A stretch of DNA of 64,000 nt from Vitreimonas sp. (GCA_035627515.1 DASPLQ010000012.1:199269-263268), one strand, 5' to 3'. Counted from the stretch's first letter, positions 47,812 to 57,787 are shown. Made by a program: numbers and translations. The notes: generated from the letters alone by a model not told the origin.

Positions 47812-47972
47812 TTTAGCGACCATCACTCTCTCCAAGCACCTTCAGTCACGCGCCCTCAAAAATCATGGTGCTACTTCGTGTCCATTTTGAGCACCTTTTA
47901 GGCGCCATTTGTGACATATGAAAATTTATACTGCGAGAAGAAGTACCCCTCACTCATCTGCTAAAATAACTC

Positions 47973-49055
47973 ATGTGGTCTTCGTTAATTAATATTCAAA
48001 AAGAGTTAAAAGTTTCAAGTTGGCTCGCGCCTCTTAATTTAGAGGACGAACGCAAAGAATTTTTAGAGAATCCTAACCATAATCCACAATTTAAATATCC
48101 AGATCTTCCTTTAGATGCCTTAAAGGACTCACTCAGAAATCTGGCAACCATTGAATCCAGTTTTACAGACCCTTTCGCAACCTGGCTTTTTAATCGCAAA
48201 AAAACTGAGCTAGAACTTACCCTGCAATTACTGATTAACCGCGGTAATTCAGAGTTTGGTTCTCTAGCAGCGCAACTTTATAACTGCACTTTTGATCCTG
48301 AAATCATTAGCCGTGCCAAAGTTGATGCCAGCTCTCCCCTGCCTTTTGAAAGCAAGGAGCATCGCACTCCTGATCAAATCGTTACTGGTATACAAGACTA
48401 TCTCAATGCATATGGCATCACCGACTGGCAAATCCAGATCAGTAACCAAACAGATTTTTACTTCCGTGTCCGCGCCAACAAAAAAACTATTTTGATCAGT
48501 CAAAATTTTAACTGGGATTTCTGTGATTTTGATAATATGTTAGCTCATGAAATTGATGGGCACGTTTTACGGGGAGTCAATGCTACACTTCAACCCTCCT
48601 CATTACTTAACTCGCCCCTCCCCTTTTACATCAAAACAGAAGAAGGACTAGCCTCTTTTTTAGGTGATTACTGTTCTACAACTGCTGAAATTAGCCGTAA
48701 GCATCATGCTTTAAAATACTTAGCTGGACACTTAGCAGTGAACAGTTCATTCCGTGACGTCTTTGGATTTTTAGTCGAAGCCGGCTTTACTCCACCGTTG
48801 GCTTTTCAACGCACCTTCCGACTCAAGCGCGGTTATGAAGACACGTCTTCTCCAGGCTGTTTTACCAAGGAAGCCATGTACTACGAGGGAATGAGGGAAA
48901 TTAAAACCTATCTTGATAACGGCGGCTCAGTGGAAAGTTTATACGTGGCAAAGGTGGGATTGGCGGATATTTCCCATTTGCCCTCTGCACTCATCGACAA
49001 CACAAAAATTAAAATTCCTGAGAGACTGAAAAAGTATTTGGCAACTACTCGTTAA
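47973..49055 (+). CDS. DUF1704 / MATCAP-like metallocarboxypeptidase
   Basis: AHEIDGH (HExxxH), TEEGLA, RLKRG, FTKE..Y..G. Confidence 0.85.
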   Translation: MWSSLINIQKELKVSSWLAPLNLEDERKEFLENPNHNPQFKYPDLPLDALKDSLRNLATIESSFTDPFATWLFNRKKTELELTLQLLINRGNSEFGSLAAQLYNCTFDPEIISRAKVDASSPLPFESKEHRTPDQIVTGIQDYLNAYGITDWQIQISNQTDFYFRVRANKKTILISQNFNWDFCDFDNMLAHEIDGHVLRGVNATLQPSSLLNSPLPFYIKTEEGLASFLGDYCSTTAEISRKHHALKYLAGHLAVNSSFRDVFGFLVEAGFTPPLAFQRTFRLKRGYEDTSSPGCFTKEAMYYEGMREIKTYLDNGGSVESLYVAKVGLADISHLPSALIDNTKIKIPERLKKYLATTR

Positions 49056-49614
49056 CCCGAGCTTGATACTCGCCGGTTTCGGTATCGATACTGAGAATTT
49101 CGCCAGTTTTGATAAAAATAGGTGCTTGAATCACCATGCCAGTTTCCATCGTGACGGGTTTTTTGGGAGCATTGATGCGATTGCCGGCTGTTGAGTCCTC
49201 GGCATACGCGACTTTGAGCTTGACGCGTGGAGGCAACTTAATGCCAATGGCCACTTCTTCATAAAATAAAATATAAACGTTTAGATCAGGAGTCATGAAG
49301 CCCAGCTTATCTTCCACTAACTCACGTGGCACTGAAACTTGGTCATAAGTGCGTGGATTCATAAACACCACATCACTACCATCATCATATAAAAACTGCA
49401 TTTCTTTACTGGAAACGTCCAGCTCTTCCACCGGTTCGACTGATTTAAAGGTGAATTCTTGAGAAGCGCCAGTTTTGACACTCTTTAATTTAGCGCGGGT
49501 AAAAGCCGAACCTTTGCCCGGACTGACAAACTCAGTTTTAGTTACTAACCAAGGAGCATCCTTGAAGAGGATGTACATGCCTTTTGCGATATTTCCACCT
49601 TTGATCATTGCCAT
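49045..49614 (-). CDS. efp: Elongation factor P
   Basis: SPGKGSAF, MQFLY, ETG...P.FI..G...IDT. Confidence 0.96.
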   Translation of the reverse strand: MAMIKGGNIAKGMYILFKDAPWLVTKTEFVSPGKGSAFTRAKLKSVKTGASQEFTFKSVEPVEELDVSSKEMQFLYDDGSDVVFMNPRTYDQVSVPRELVEDKLGFMTPDLNVYILFYEEVAIGIKLPPRVKLKVAYAEDSTAGNRINAPKKPVTMETGMVIQAPIFIKTGEILSIDTETGEYQARVNE

Positions 49615-49653
49615 AGGGTGCTATTCTAGCTTATGGTCAGCGGTTTTGACAAC

Positions 49654-50031
49654 CTAAGCTGCTATTCCTGTTAACAGTCGTTCTTTAAACCTATCTAATC
49701 GAATCAAATTTGCACCTTCGTAGTTTGCCAAGTACCATTCATTGAACTTCCACTCTTCCATAAGCAGCCTCACACTAACCCGAGCCGATTCATAGGCTAG
49801 CTGAGGATTATTACCAAAGGCTGTCACCGCCATTACTAAGAGCTTTTGAAAGTCACTCATTTTTTCCTGGGCTTCCTTATCAAGCTCTGTTTCCGCGCCA
49901 GGTTCTAAATGATTTTTTGATGAAATTCTTAACTGGGTATGAAAGGCTAGCTCTACCAATAACTCTATGAGATCGGGATGTTTAATAAAACGTTCATTAA
50001 TAATAGGCTTTTGTTCAATGACTTTTGACAT
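49654..50031 (-). CDS. Hypothetical protein
   Basis: 125-aa ORF. Confidence 0.55.
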   Translation of the reverse strand: MSKVIEQKPIINERFIKHPDLIELLVELAFHTQLRISSKNHLEPGAETELDKEAQEKMSDFQKLLVMAVTAFGNNPQLAYESARVSVRLLMEEWKFNEWYLANYEGANLIRLDRFKERLLTGIAA

Positions 50032-50051
50032 GCCCCGATTGTACCACCACC

Positions 50052-50092
50052 AAAAAAGAGATGAGCAAAGGAGTAAACGCTCACCTCTTCTT
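50052..50092 (-). terminator. Terminator after the YtxH-like gene
   Basis: AAGAGGTGAGC...GCTCATCTCTT followed by a T run. Confidence 0.7.
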
Positions 50093-50136
50093 GGTCTGTC
50101 CAGCGGCTATAAAGTGAATTTATAACCCGCCATTTG

Positions 50137-50556
50137 TTATGAATCATTTCGGGAACGTGTCCCGTCAGTGCGATCTTGGGAAGCCATGCCACCCAAACCG
50201 ACTGTCTCCTTTAAATTCGTCACACTTTGATTAATAGCTTCTCTGCCCTTCTCACTCATCACCCGATCCATGACATCACGCATTTTTTGGCGATCAGGTG
50301 TTAGATCTGCGATGAATTGAGAAATTTTCTCGCGGTATTCATCATTTGAAAGCAAAGCTCCCACTGCGGCTCCGACGGCTGCTCCAGCGGCTACACCGAC
50401 AATCACGGGTGAGTTCTTGCGCAGAGTCCGCGAGTTAATCATCCGACGAGCTTCCTTCTTAGCGTCATCCACCATTTCATAAGCGCTGCTCATGCCATTG
50501 GTTTGAGTTTGGCTCGCTCGCTGGCCATTTGTTTTTTTTGCTGCTGTTCGTGGCAT
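50137..50556 (-). CDS. YtxH-like protein
   Basis: GAAVGAAVGALL glycine zipper followed by a charged helix. Confidence 0.6.
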   Translation of the reverse strand: MPRTAAKKTNGQRASQTQTNGMSSAYEMVDDAKKEARRMINSRTLRKNSPVIVGVAAGAAVGAAVGALLSNDEYREKISQFIADLTPDRQKMRDVMDRVMSEKGREAINQSVTNLKETVGLGGMASQDRTDGTRSRNDS

Positions 50557-50593
50557 ACTATCTCCTGGTAAATACTTAATACTTATCTATCTA

Positions 50594-51133
50594 TTACCAA
50601 GTTTGATTAACTTGGTGAGTTTGTTGAGCACCCTTAGTTTCTAAGAAAGCGCGAATATCATCGGTAGTTCCTTCGGGAACTGGGACAACTAATAACACTG
50701 CGCCTTCGCGAATACGTTCTTCATAATACCGAGCGGTCTCTTCGGGCAGTCCCCAACCCATTAATGCACCTAATAAACCTCCTGCTAGGGCACCCGTGGC
50801 GGCTGCCGAAACGGTGGTAGCGGCGGCGCCGGTCAGACCTAACGCGGCTACAATGGGACCTCCTACCAATACCGCTCCCAACCCCGGAATGGTTAAGGCA
50901 CCCACACCGACTAACAAACCTGCGAGTGCCCCCAGGGCGCCACCGGTGGTGGCGCCTGAGACTGCACCAGTAGCTGCGGAGTTTGCCGCATTAGTGGCTG
51001 GCACGCCCCCTTCTACGGTCTCTCTCATAATGATTGATAAATCTTTGGCGTTATAACCGCGTCCTTGGAGTGCTGTCACTGCAGCATCTGCTTGAGCACG
51101 ATCATTAAAAATAGCTAACACTGTACTTGCCAT
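50594..51133 (-). CDS. General stress protein (YflT/DUF1269-like glycine zipper)
   Basis: LAIFND..QA..AV..L...G, IPGLG..LVGGP, GLPEE.ARYYE. Confidence 0.8.
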   Translation of the reverse strand: MASTVLAIFNDRAQADAAVTALQGRGYNAKDLSIIMRETVEGGVPATNAANSAATGAVSGATTGGALGALAGLLVGVGALTIPGLGAVLVGGPIVAALGLTGAAATTVSAAATGALAGGLLGALMGWGLPEETARYYEERIREGAVLLVVPVPEGTTDDIRAFLETKGAQQTHQVNQTW

Positions 51134-51372
51134 ACGTCTTCTCCTTCAAGTAAGATCACACACCACTACTACTCCTGCCTAAAATAAAGTTTTAGACAGG
51201 AGCCCATCACTATTATTGTTGACGGAAGTGAGTTAAACGATCCCAGGGCATAAAGTCCTTCTTGAAATAATACTTATTACTATGAGGATGATCATAGAAA
51301 CATAACCACACAATCTAATGTGGGAGCTGTAAGAAATGAGCAAGAGTTGGAATGTGGTATATTAGTAACTCT

Positions 51373-51981
51373 ATGAAAAATATCTTGACCATTGCGAGTA
51401 TTATCTTAATTGTCTCTATTTTGGGATTCATTATTTCGCGTAGCGTCAGCAGTCCTTTCGGCGTACCTGAAACGGTTTTTACCGCCTCACCTCAAACAGT
51501 GATTAAAGAACTCCAACAGTTACAGCGCTTAGAAACGGCGTCATTTACCATTGAAAAAGTGATCGAAGCTGGCAGCAATGGCAATGTTTTTCAAGAAATT
51601 TTATACGGAGATCATTTATTATTAATTGCTAATGGTCAAGTTATTGCGGGCTTTGATTTTTCAGAATTAAAGGAAGACAGTATTCAAGTTTCTGGCACTA
51701 CGCTGCATTTGCAACTCCCAGCCCCTAAAATTTTGGTTTCCAGTTTAGATAATGAACAAACCCGCGTCTACGATCGCAGAATGGGCTTACTCTCAAAAGG
51801 TAATAAAGACTTAGAAACACAAGCTCGTCTGCAAGCTGAACGTATTATCACCCAAGCCGCTTGCGAAGGAATGATCCTTGATAAAGCTAGTGAAAATGGC
51901 CGGCAGCAATTAATTGCCTTATTCACTGCTCTCGGTTTTACCCAGGTGACAATTGATATTCCCACTAGTACCTGTCAGTAA
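51373..51981 (+). CDS. DUF4230-like membrane-anchored protein
   Basis: N-terminal TM; LETA, AGFD, LPAPKI. Confidence 0.75.
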   Translation: MKNILTIASIILIVSILGFIISRSVSSPFGVPETVFTASPQTVIKELQQLQRLETASFTIEKVIEAGSNGNVFQEILYGDHLLLIANGQVIAGFDFSELKEDSIQVSGTTLHLQLPAPKILVSSLDNEQTRVYDRRMGLLSKGNKDLETQARLQAERIITQAACEGMILDKASENGRQQLIALFTALGFTQVTIDIPTSTCQ

Positions 51982-52070
51982 ATTCTCATCTAGTTCTTAC
52001 CTGTCCCCTATTTGCCTGTAATAGTCCTAGCGTATTGTAGATACGTAATAACTATTCGACAGGAGGTCCC

Positions 52071-52280
52071 ATGGTGACAGTCGTCAATCAAACTCCCGGT
52101 GATACCGCTAGTAGTTCGGGAGTGAACTCATTATTAGGCTTGGCATTATTTTTCATTGCCTTGGTGCTTTTCTTTTACTATGCCTTACCGGCAATGAGAA
52201 ATTCATTTAGCGGTCCATCATTCAGTGTCCCTGAACAAGTGGATGTTAATGTCAACACCCCGACTAATCCCGCACCCTAA
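52071..52280 (+). CDS. Small single-TM protein
   Basis: AGGAGG RBS; VPEQVDVNVN tail; own terminator. Confidence 0.7.
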   Translation: MVTVVNQTPGDTASSSGVNSLLGLALFFIALVLFFYYALPAMRNSFSGPSFSVPEQVDVNVNTPTNPAP

Positions 52281-52298
52281 GAGCGGGAGATAAGATCC

Positions 52299-52332
52299 AA
52301 CTACCCTAAGCTCCGCTTAGGGTAGTTTTTTT
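52299..52332 (+). terminator. Intrinsic terminator
   Basis: CTACCCTAAGC-TCC-GCTTAGGGTAG followed by T7. Confidence 0.85.
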
Positions 52333-52386
52333 ATGCCACTCAGTGGCATACAACTTAGCAATACTTAATTGGAAACAAATAAAAAA

Positions 52387-53541
52387 TTAATATCTGAAGG
52401 TAGCTGCGACTGCGGTTTGGCTGGGAACTTGTTCAGGTGGTAAGACATAGGCGCGACCACCTCGCAATAAGGTTTGGGCACATGCTAAATCATAAAGATC
52501 GTGCGTAAGAGGTTTTTCTTCACTGGCAAACGTGACGCTCAGCGTAGCTGGGTCAAACTCACCCCATTTTCTAACGCCTTGGCCCACAATCAAAGTGTCA
52601 ACCCGTCCCAAAGCAGCCTGCCGTAAAATCTCTGCCAGATCATTCGACACTCTTTCATCGGGCTCTTCTAGATACTGAGAAATAGCTGCTTGTTCTTGTT
52701 GTTTGAAATAAGGCGCAAGTGTCGTGAAAGCCAATCGATGCAACGCTGTAATTGGTTGGTGGTCAATCAAAGCCGGCAACGTTTCTGCCACAAGGTTGGG
52801 ACACTCACTAAACTGCGCATACCGTGTGGTCTCGTATTCGGGGCCACTGACGATTAACGGCAAACTGCTGGTAGCTAAATACTTCGTAACAGCTTTATCA
52901 ACTGCATTCAAAAAGCGTTCTAAATATTTTTGTTTATCATCTTTCCATGATGAAGAATGGCCATGAAATGAAGCGGGGCGCCGGCCACTTTTTTCAGCAG
53001 TAGTCCCGGTATGAAAAGTGAGGTGGCGTTCATTTGTTTCGCTCCCTACGACGCTTTCCATATTAGTTGGAAGGTCTGGAACTAACACGGGATATAAGTC
53101 GTAGCGATTGCCTTTCAACAGCTCTACATGCTGCTGACTAATGGCTAACACATAAAACTCACATTGGTCTGTGAGAAGCGGCAATAATGGCTTTAAGTGA
53201 AACCGGTGTGAGACATGAGCAAACGATCGCACTGGAGTAGGCAAACGAAAATAGCAATGAAAATCGGGAGAGGTAAACATAGCCAGTGACTTATGACCTG
53301 CTTGCCAAAAACCTTTTTCTGTTACCATTTCGTTAATAGCTTTGACGATGAGCTCCAGCTCTTTATCTGCTAAATCTACGCGACTCAGTTGCTCTAAAGC
53401 ACTGTCCATCAAGTGTTTAAATTGTATTTCAGTCCCTGGAACATCAGCTCCTACTTGTGCTGTCGGCATATAGAGCGACACACATCGACCGTGAGAATAT
53501 TCTAAGAGTTCTTGAAATTTTTGAGGAGTTAAAGTCACCAT
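52387..53541 (-). CDS. Bacterial archaeo-eukaryotic release factor family protein (baeRF3/7-like)
   Basis: CVSLYMPT, FHLKPLLP, AALGRVDTL, AATFRY. Confidence 0.8.
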   Translation of the reverse strand: MVTLTPQKFQELLEYSHGRCVSLYMPTAQVGADVPGTEIQFKHLMDSALEQLSRVDLADKELELIVKAINEMVTEKGFWQAGHKSLAMFTSPDFHCYFRLPTPVRSFAHVSHRFHLKPLLPLLTDQCEFYVLAISQQHVELLKGNRYDLYPVLVPDLPTNMESVVGSETNERHLTFHTGTTAEKSGRRPASFHGHSSSWKDDKQKYLERFLNAVDKAVTKYLATSSLPLIVSGPEYETTRYAQFSECPNLVAETLPALIDHQPITALHRLAFTTLAPYFKQQEQAAISQYLEEPDERVSNDLAEILRQAALGRVDTLIVGQGVRKWGEFDPATLSVTFASEEKPLTHDLYDLACAQTLLRGGRAYVLPPEQVPSQTAVAATFRY

Positions 53542-53591
53542 AATATATAGATGACTATAGAGGGTAACTTTAAGAATCGAGGTAGGATTTT

Positions 53592-54077
53592 CTAAGAGTT
53601 TGGTGAGGAATCATGATAATGCGGCATTATCTCCATCACTAGATACATGCTGACTAGCGTAATAGCAATTGTTACCCAATCACCTCGCAACAATAAAAAG
53701 GGCACGTTTAAAAGGTCGATAAAAGTTATCCAAAATAAATAAATCCACCCATTAATTTCCCGGCGATGTAGTGGTAAAACTGCAACTGCACATAACACTA
53801 AGGCAAAAATTTTGAGCAAAGGCAGCACATACAGCGCTAACATCACAAAGATCATAACTGGATCGCCTAAAATGGTCTTAAAGTCGAGCTGTGAGATGAC
53901 TTCTATGAGCTGGACAATAAACCCTAAATTCACAAATAAACTTATTCCCACTAGAAAGGGTGAAATGATCACCATTGTCTCTGCTAAGTAGTGCGGCAAC
54001 TTGGGAAATTGGCAAAAAAATTCGTCAAAGTGATTGATGATTTTAAGTGCTCGTAAGCTGCTTAAAAAGCCTAACAT
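53592..54077 (-). CDS. Hypothetical membrane protein
   Basis: Four TM segments; PKLP...ISPF pattern. Confidence 0.6.
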   Translation of the reverse strand: MLGFLSSLRALKIINHFDEFFCQFPKLPHYLAETMVIISPFLVGISLFVNLGFIVQLIEVISQLDFKTILGDPVMIFVMLALYVLPLLKIFALVLCAVAVLPLHRREINGWIYLFWITFIDLLNVPFLLLRGDWVTIAITLVSMYLVMEIMPHYHDSSPNS

Positions 54078-54078
54078 A

Positions 54079-54741
54079 TTATTTGATCTCAATTGAGCGA
54101 ATAATTTGATCGAGGTCACGCTCATAGCCTAGATGACCGGGGTCTTCTAATAAAGCTGTGACTTCGATTACGTCTCTGGGATTATCCTTAAAGTGAAAAA
54201 AATAATGAGTATAATCACCCAAACTTCCCACGCGGATACTATATCCTTGTTTAGTGCCAATAGTAATATTTTTTTGAGGGTCAAGAATTTTATTAATAGG
54301 ATCCTCAGTTATTTCTTGAAGTCTTTGTGTTGACCAGCTCTCAAAAGTTTGGCCATCTCCCAATTTTATTACTTTAATCCACACTACTAAGGCATCAATA
54401 TAATGACTATTCATTCCTTGTTGAGGACCTACTTTAATTAGTTTAAGACCACCGTTCTCATGTTCCTGCTTGTAGCCTGCAGGAGGGCTTATGGAAAAAT
54501 CATTGATATTGTCACTTTCAGTCTTAGGTAGCGGGCTAAAGCTAGGGCAAGGCGTAAATTCACACTCTGGTCCACTCCGCCCCACTGATGAACCGTCCGG
54601 ACATATTTTGGCTTCTAGGGTGCAAACTTGATGGAGTTCTGGGCCCATTTGTTGAGACCGTATGACTCCTAATAAAATGCGTGTGCCAATCACCCCCATG
54701 ATAATGGCAAAGAGAGCGATGATCTGGAGTTTTTTGGGCAT
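54079..54741 (-). CDS. Membrane-anchored protein with CTxEAKxCPDG motif and a PsbP-like C-terminal domain
   Basis: CTLEAKICPDGSSVGRSGPECEFTPCP. Confidence 0.7.
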   Translation of the reverse strand: MPKKLQIIALFAIIMGVIGTRILLGVIRSQQMGPELHQVCTLEAKICPDGSSVGRSGPECEFTPCPSFSPLPKTESDNINDFSISPPAGYKQEHENGGLKLIKVGPQQGMNSHYIDALVVWIKVIKLGDGQTFESWSTQRLQEITEDPINKILDPQKNITIGTKQGYSIRVGSLGDYTHYFFHFKDNPRDVIEVTALLEDPGHLGYERDLDQIIRSIEIK

Positions 54742-54769
54742 AGAGCCATTATAATATAACCTGATTAAT

Positions 54770-55501
54770 ATGAATCCTTATCTTTATTTAGATCATCTGT
54801 TGCTTAGAGTAAGTAAAGCCTTTTGGCAGTTATCACTGCTCAAAAAAATCATCATCATGTTTAGTTTGGGGAGTGCTAGCATCGTGATCTTGCTATCATC
54901 TTTGTGGTTAATAAACTGGTGGGTTCACACCAGCACTATTTCTCTCATCACCACTCCCAGCCAGGTTGACGCTCCCTACCAAACTGCCCTCGTCCTCGGC
55001 GCCAAGGTCTATAGCGATGGTGGGCTGAGTCATATGACTCAAGATCGTGCTGACACGGCTATCGAACTCTACCGCACCAGCAAAGTCAAAACTATTTTGA
55101 TTAGCGGCGACCACGGTCAAAAAACGTATGATGAGGTTAACACTATAAAAAACTATTTATTAGCCCAAGACATTCCACCCGAAGTTATCTTCCTCGACCA
55201 CGCAGGCTTTGATACGTATGATAGTTTGTATCGAGCGCGAGAAGTTTTCCAAGTGGAGTCGGTAATTATTGTCACCCAAGCCTTCCACCTGCCTCGAGCC
55301 TTGTTTATTGCCCAAAATTTAGGAATTAATGCCGTGGGTGTGAGTGCCGACCGGCGTGAGTACGCTGGCGCATCACGAAATGAAGTCCGAGAACGATTAG
55401 CCACTTTGAAGGCAGCTTTTAATGTCTTAACAGCTGCTCCTCCCCAGTATTTGGGTGAACCTATTCCCCTGAGTGGTAACAGTCGAAAAAGTTGGGATTA
55501 A
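54770..55501 (+). CDS. SanA/YdcF (DUF218) family protein
   Basis: ALVLGA, LISGD, DHAGFDTYDS, TQAFHLPRA. Confidence 0.9.
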   Translation: MNPYLYLDHLLLRVSKAFWQLSLLKKIIIMFSLGSASIVILLSSLWLINWWVHTSTISLITTPSQVDAPYQTALVLGAKVYSDGGLSHMTQDRADTAIELYRTSKVKTILISGDHGQKTYDEVNTIKNYLLAQDIPPEVIFLDHAGFDTYDSLYRAREVFQVESVIIVTQAFHLPRALFIAQNLGINAVGVSADRREYAGASRNEVRERLATLKAAFNVLTAAPPQYLGEPIPLSGNSRKSWD

Positions 55502-55581
55502 AAACGGTCATGGTTCCAATCATACTTCCTTTTTGAAACTAAATTTCTGAGTGACATAAAAAGCACACAAAAGTGGTATAT

Positions 55582-56700
55582 TTATGTCACTGTTTTTAAT
55601 AGATCTTTCGAGGCAATCATAGGTTTTTCCAATGACAAGTTGCGGGCGAGTTCATTAATCATCCTAGGTAAATACAGCGGCGGTTCGCCCCTTAAATAAG
55701 CACTCCAATTTAAAACACTGATCAATGACCTCACATCTCTTAGCGGCGCAGTACACCTTGCATACCACGGCACTCCTATATTTTTGTTGTACCACATAGA
55801 GGTGTGACCAAATGGTCGATCAGTTCTTAGCCAATCTTCATCGTTGGGTTTAATCCCCATTTGTATATTCAATAACTTTTTCAAACGCTTTAATTGTTGC
55901 ATCTCTGGTGGGATGTAGGTCGACTGCGGCCATTTGCTCTCTCCCAAACTGTGAACATCATTAATGAACATCACTGGCACTTCGTTCTTAAATGATTGTT
56001 CAGCTAAAACTTCACCTGCTAGCTCCGACAATAACTTTAGCGCTACCTGCGTATAAGTCAGATCAGCTTTTTTGATGGGATGACGGAGCTGATCTCTTTT
56101 TTTCTCAGGCAACCTTTTGACTAAAGCGTGGACGGCATCTAACAATAAATTAAGCTGCTCATCATTGAGCTGTAGACCCTCATCCATTCCTAACTCTAAG
56201 TATGACTCAGCTTCAGTTGTTGTTAGAGCACGTTTGTTAGTAAACACCGATTCAAAAATCTGCGGCTGACTCCATTTCCCTGTTTGAGGATCAACTTCTA
56301 CCGAAATGGTCAATGTTGGTCTTTTCTGATCGGGCACCAAACTGTACTTTTCAATCACTTTGAGCGGCACCATGGGTTGAATCATTCGGCCATTTTCGTA
56401 TTCAGTTCTTTTTCTTACGTTCACCTGCTGAAATAATTCTGGCAGGGCTTTAAAAATTCCGTAGGGATTAACAATATAAATGCCAACTTTGATATGGCCA
56501 TTCGCTAATCTCTCAAAGCAATAGCCTTGTTCGGCATCCATTATTTCACGAGGGGTAGGTTTAGTGGTATCAAGAGTAAAACCAGTCTCATGCGGTAGTA
56601 ATTTACCATCTCTTTCTAGTAGGTCTTCCGGTCCTAAAAAAAATGAGGTAACTTTGAGATCCAGAGCACTGGTTGAGGGTAATAAAAATTCTTGTGGCAC
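55582..56700 (-). CDS. Degenerate stand-alone RNB (RNase II/R) domain protein
   Basis: FTLD...DAEQG, VGIYI, YSLVP...R.TL, YARCTAPLR align loosely to RNB motifs. Confidence 0.6.
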   Translation of the reverse strand: MPQEFLLPSTSALDLKVTSFFLGPEDLLERDGKLLPHETGFTLDTTKPTPREIMDAEQGYCFERLANGHIKVGIYIVNPYGIFKALPELFQQVNVRKRTEYENGRMIQPMVPLKVIEKYSLVPDQKRPTLTISVEVDPQTGKWSQPQIFESVFTNKRALTTTEAESYLELGMDEGLQLNDEQLNLLLDAVHALVKRLPEKKRDQLRHPIKKADLTYTQVALKLLSELAGEVLAEQSFKNEVPVMFINDVHSLGESKWPQSTYIPPEMQQLKRLKKLLNIQMGIKPNDEDWLRTDRPFGHTSMWYNKNIGVPWYARCTAPLRDVRSLISVLNWSAYLRGEPPLYLPRMINELARNLSLEKPMIASKDLLKTVT

Positions 56701-56740
56701 GCAAATATTATACAATCACCCCTTCGCGTATAATTACCTG

Positions 56741-56965
56741 ATGCACAACATCTCCGCCGGTGTTTACCAACACTACAAAGGTAAGAAATACTTAGTTCTG
56801 GGTATCGCTAAACATAGCGAAACTCTAGAAGATCTAGTGGTGTATGTGAATTTATATGAGAATGAGGCCTCGAATTTGTGGGTACGGCCTGCAGAAATGT
56901 TTGCAGGGGAAGTGATGGTGGATGGCCATCCCCTCCCCCGCTTTAAACGAGTTGCCGATCAATAA
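56741..56965 (+). CDS. DUF1653 family protein
   Basis: YQHYKG..Y, HSETLE.LVVY, WVRP..MF, PRF. Confidence 0.9.
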   Translation: MHNISAGVYQHYKGKKYLVLGIAKHSETLEDLVVYVNLYENEASNLWVRPAEMFAGEVMVDGHPLPRFKRVADQ

Positions 56966-56983
56966 TCTGCTTCAATTTTAAAA

Positions 56984-57730
56984 TTATTTACCATTATCAG
57001 CGAAGTATGCCATCGCGTCGCACATAAACTGTGCTAACTCTGGGTGGTACTTATCATAAAAGGCTTTGAAGCGTGGATCTTCTACGTAACCCTTGCCTAA
57101 TTCTTTAAAAACTGGCAATGTGCAGTCAAAGAAACGGTTAGTGTTTTCATAATGTTCACTAATCATGGTCTGGACTTGGGCATCTGCTACCCCTTTAGGC
57201 ATCAACGCCACCAGCTTAGTATGGAAAGCATCCATATCTGCTTTCAGGCGGTCATAATCTGCTTGTTTCCAGTCCTTCATGTAGGCATCACTTTTGTCCG
57301 TAGCGTGCTGACCATACTTTTTTTTGATTTCTTGGCGGTACTTTTCCGCTTGGTCTTTAGTAAAACCACCTAACATTTGTTGATCATTCATAGGTTGTGT
57401 TCCTTTCAATTGGTCGATAGTGGCATCAATGGTTTTGAGCAGGTTCGTCAACCGCTTTTTTTCAAGTAATAATAACTGTCGCTGATCTCTGAGCGCGCTG
57501 AGCTGATCAAAATGTGGTGAAGATAACATGGCCTGAATTTGTTCCAGCGAAAAATCAAGTTCTCGAAAAAACAAAATTTGTTGTAACCTCACTACTTCGG
57601 TATGCTCATAGAGTCGATAACCGTTGTCCTGATTGACCCGCGGGATCAATAACCCCAGCTCATCATAGTAATGGAGCGTGCGCACACTCACACCAGCTAG
57701 TTGAGCTAATTGTTTGACGGTATAGGCCAT
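56984..57730 (-). CDS. MerR-family regulator with TipAS domain (Mta-like)
   Basis: GVSVRTLHYYD, GYRLY, YVEDPRF. Confidence 0.93.
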   Translation of the reverse strand: MAYTVKQLAQLAGVSVRTLHYYDELGLLIPRVNQDNGYRLYEHTEVVRLQQILFFRELDFSLEQIQAMLSSPHFDQLSALRDQRQLLLLEKKRLTNLLKTIDATIDQLKGTQPMNDQQMLGGFTKDQAEKYRQEIKKKYGQHATDKSDAYMKDWKQADYDRLKADMDAFHTKLVALMPKGVADAQVQTMISEHYENTNRFFDCTLPVFKELGKGYVEDPRFKAFYDKYHPELAQFMCDAMAYFADNGK

Positions 57731-57756
57731 TGATGCCTCCTGACTTAATAAAAGCG

Positions 57757-57787
57757 ATTATAAACCCTCACGTAACGTGATAGTCAA
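57757..57787 (-). promoter_or_regulatory. MerR-type promoter/operator
   Basis: TTGACT, 19-bp spacer containing the TCACGTTACGTGA dyad, TATAAT. Confidence 0.85.

Noticed and set aside
47717-47820. Integron attC interpretation of the palindromic element
   Set aside because: No clear RYYYAAC/GTTRRRY ends, no cassette array and no integrase in the window
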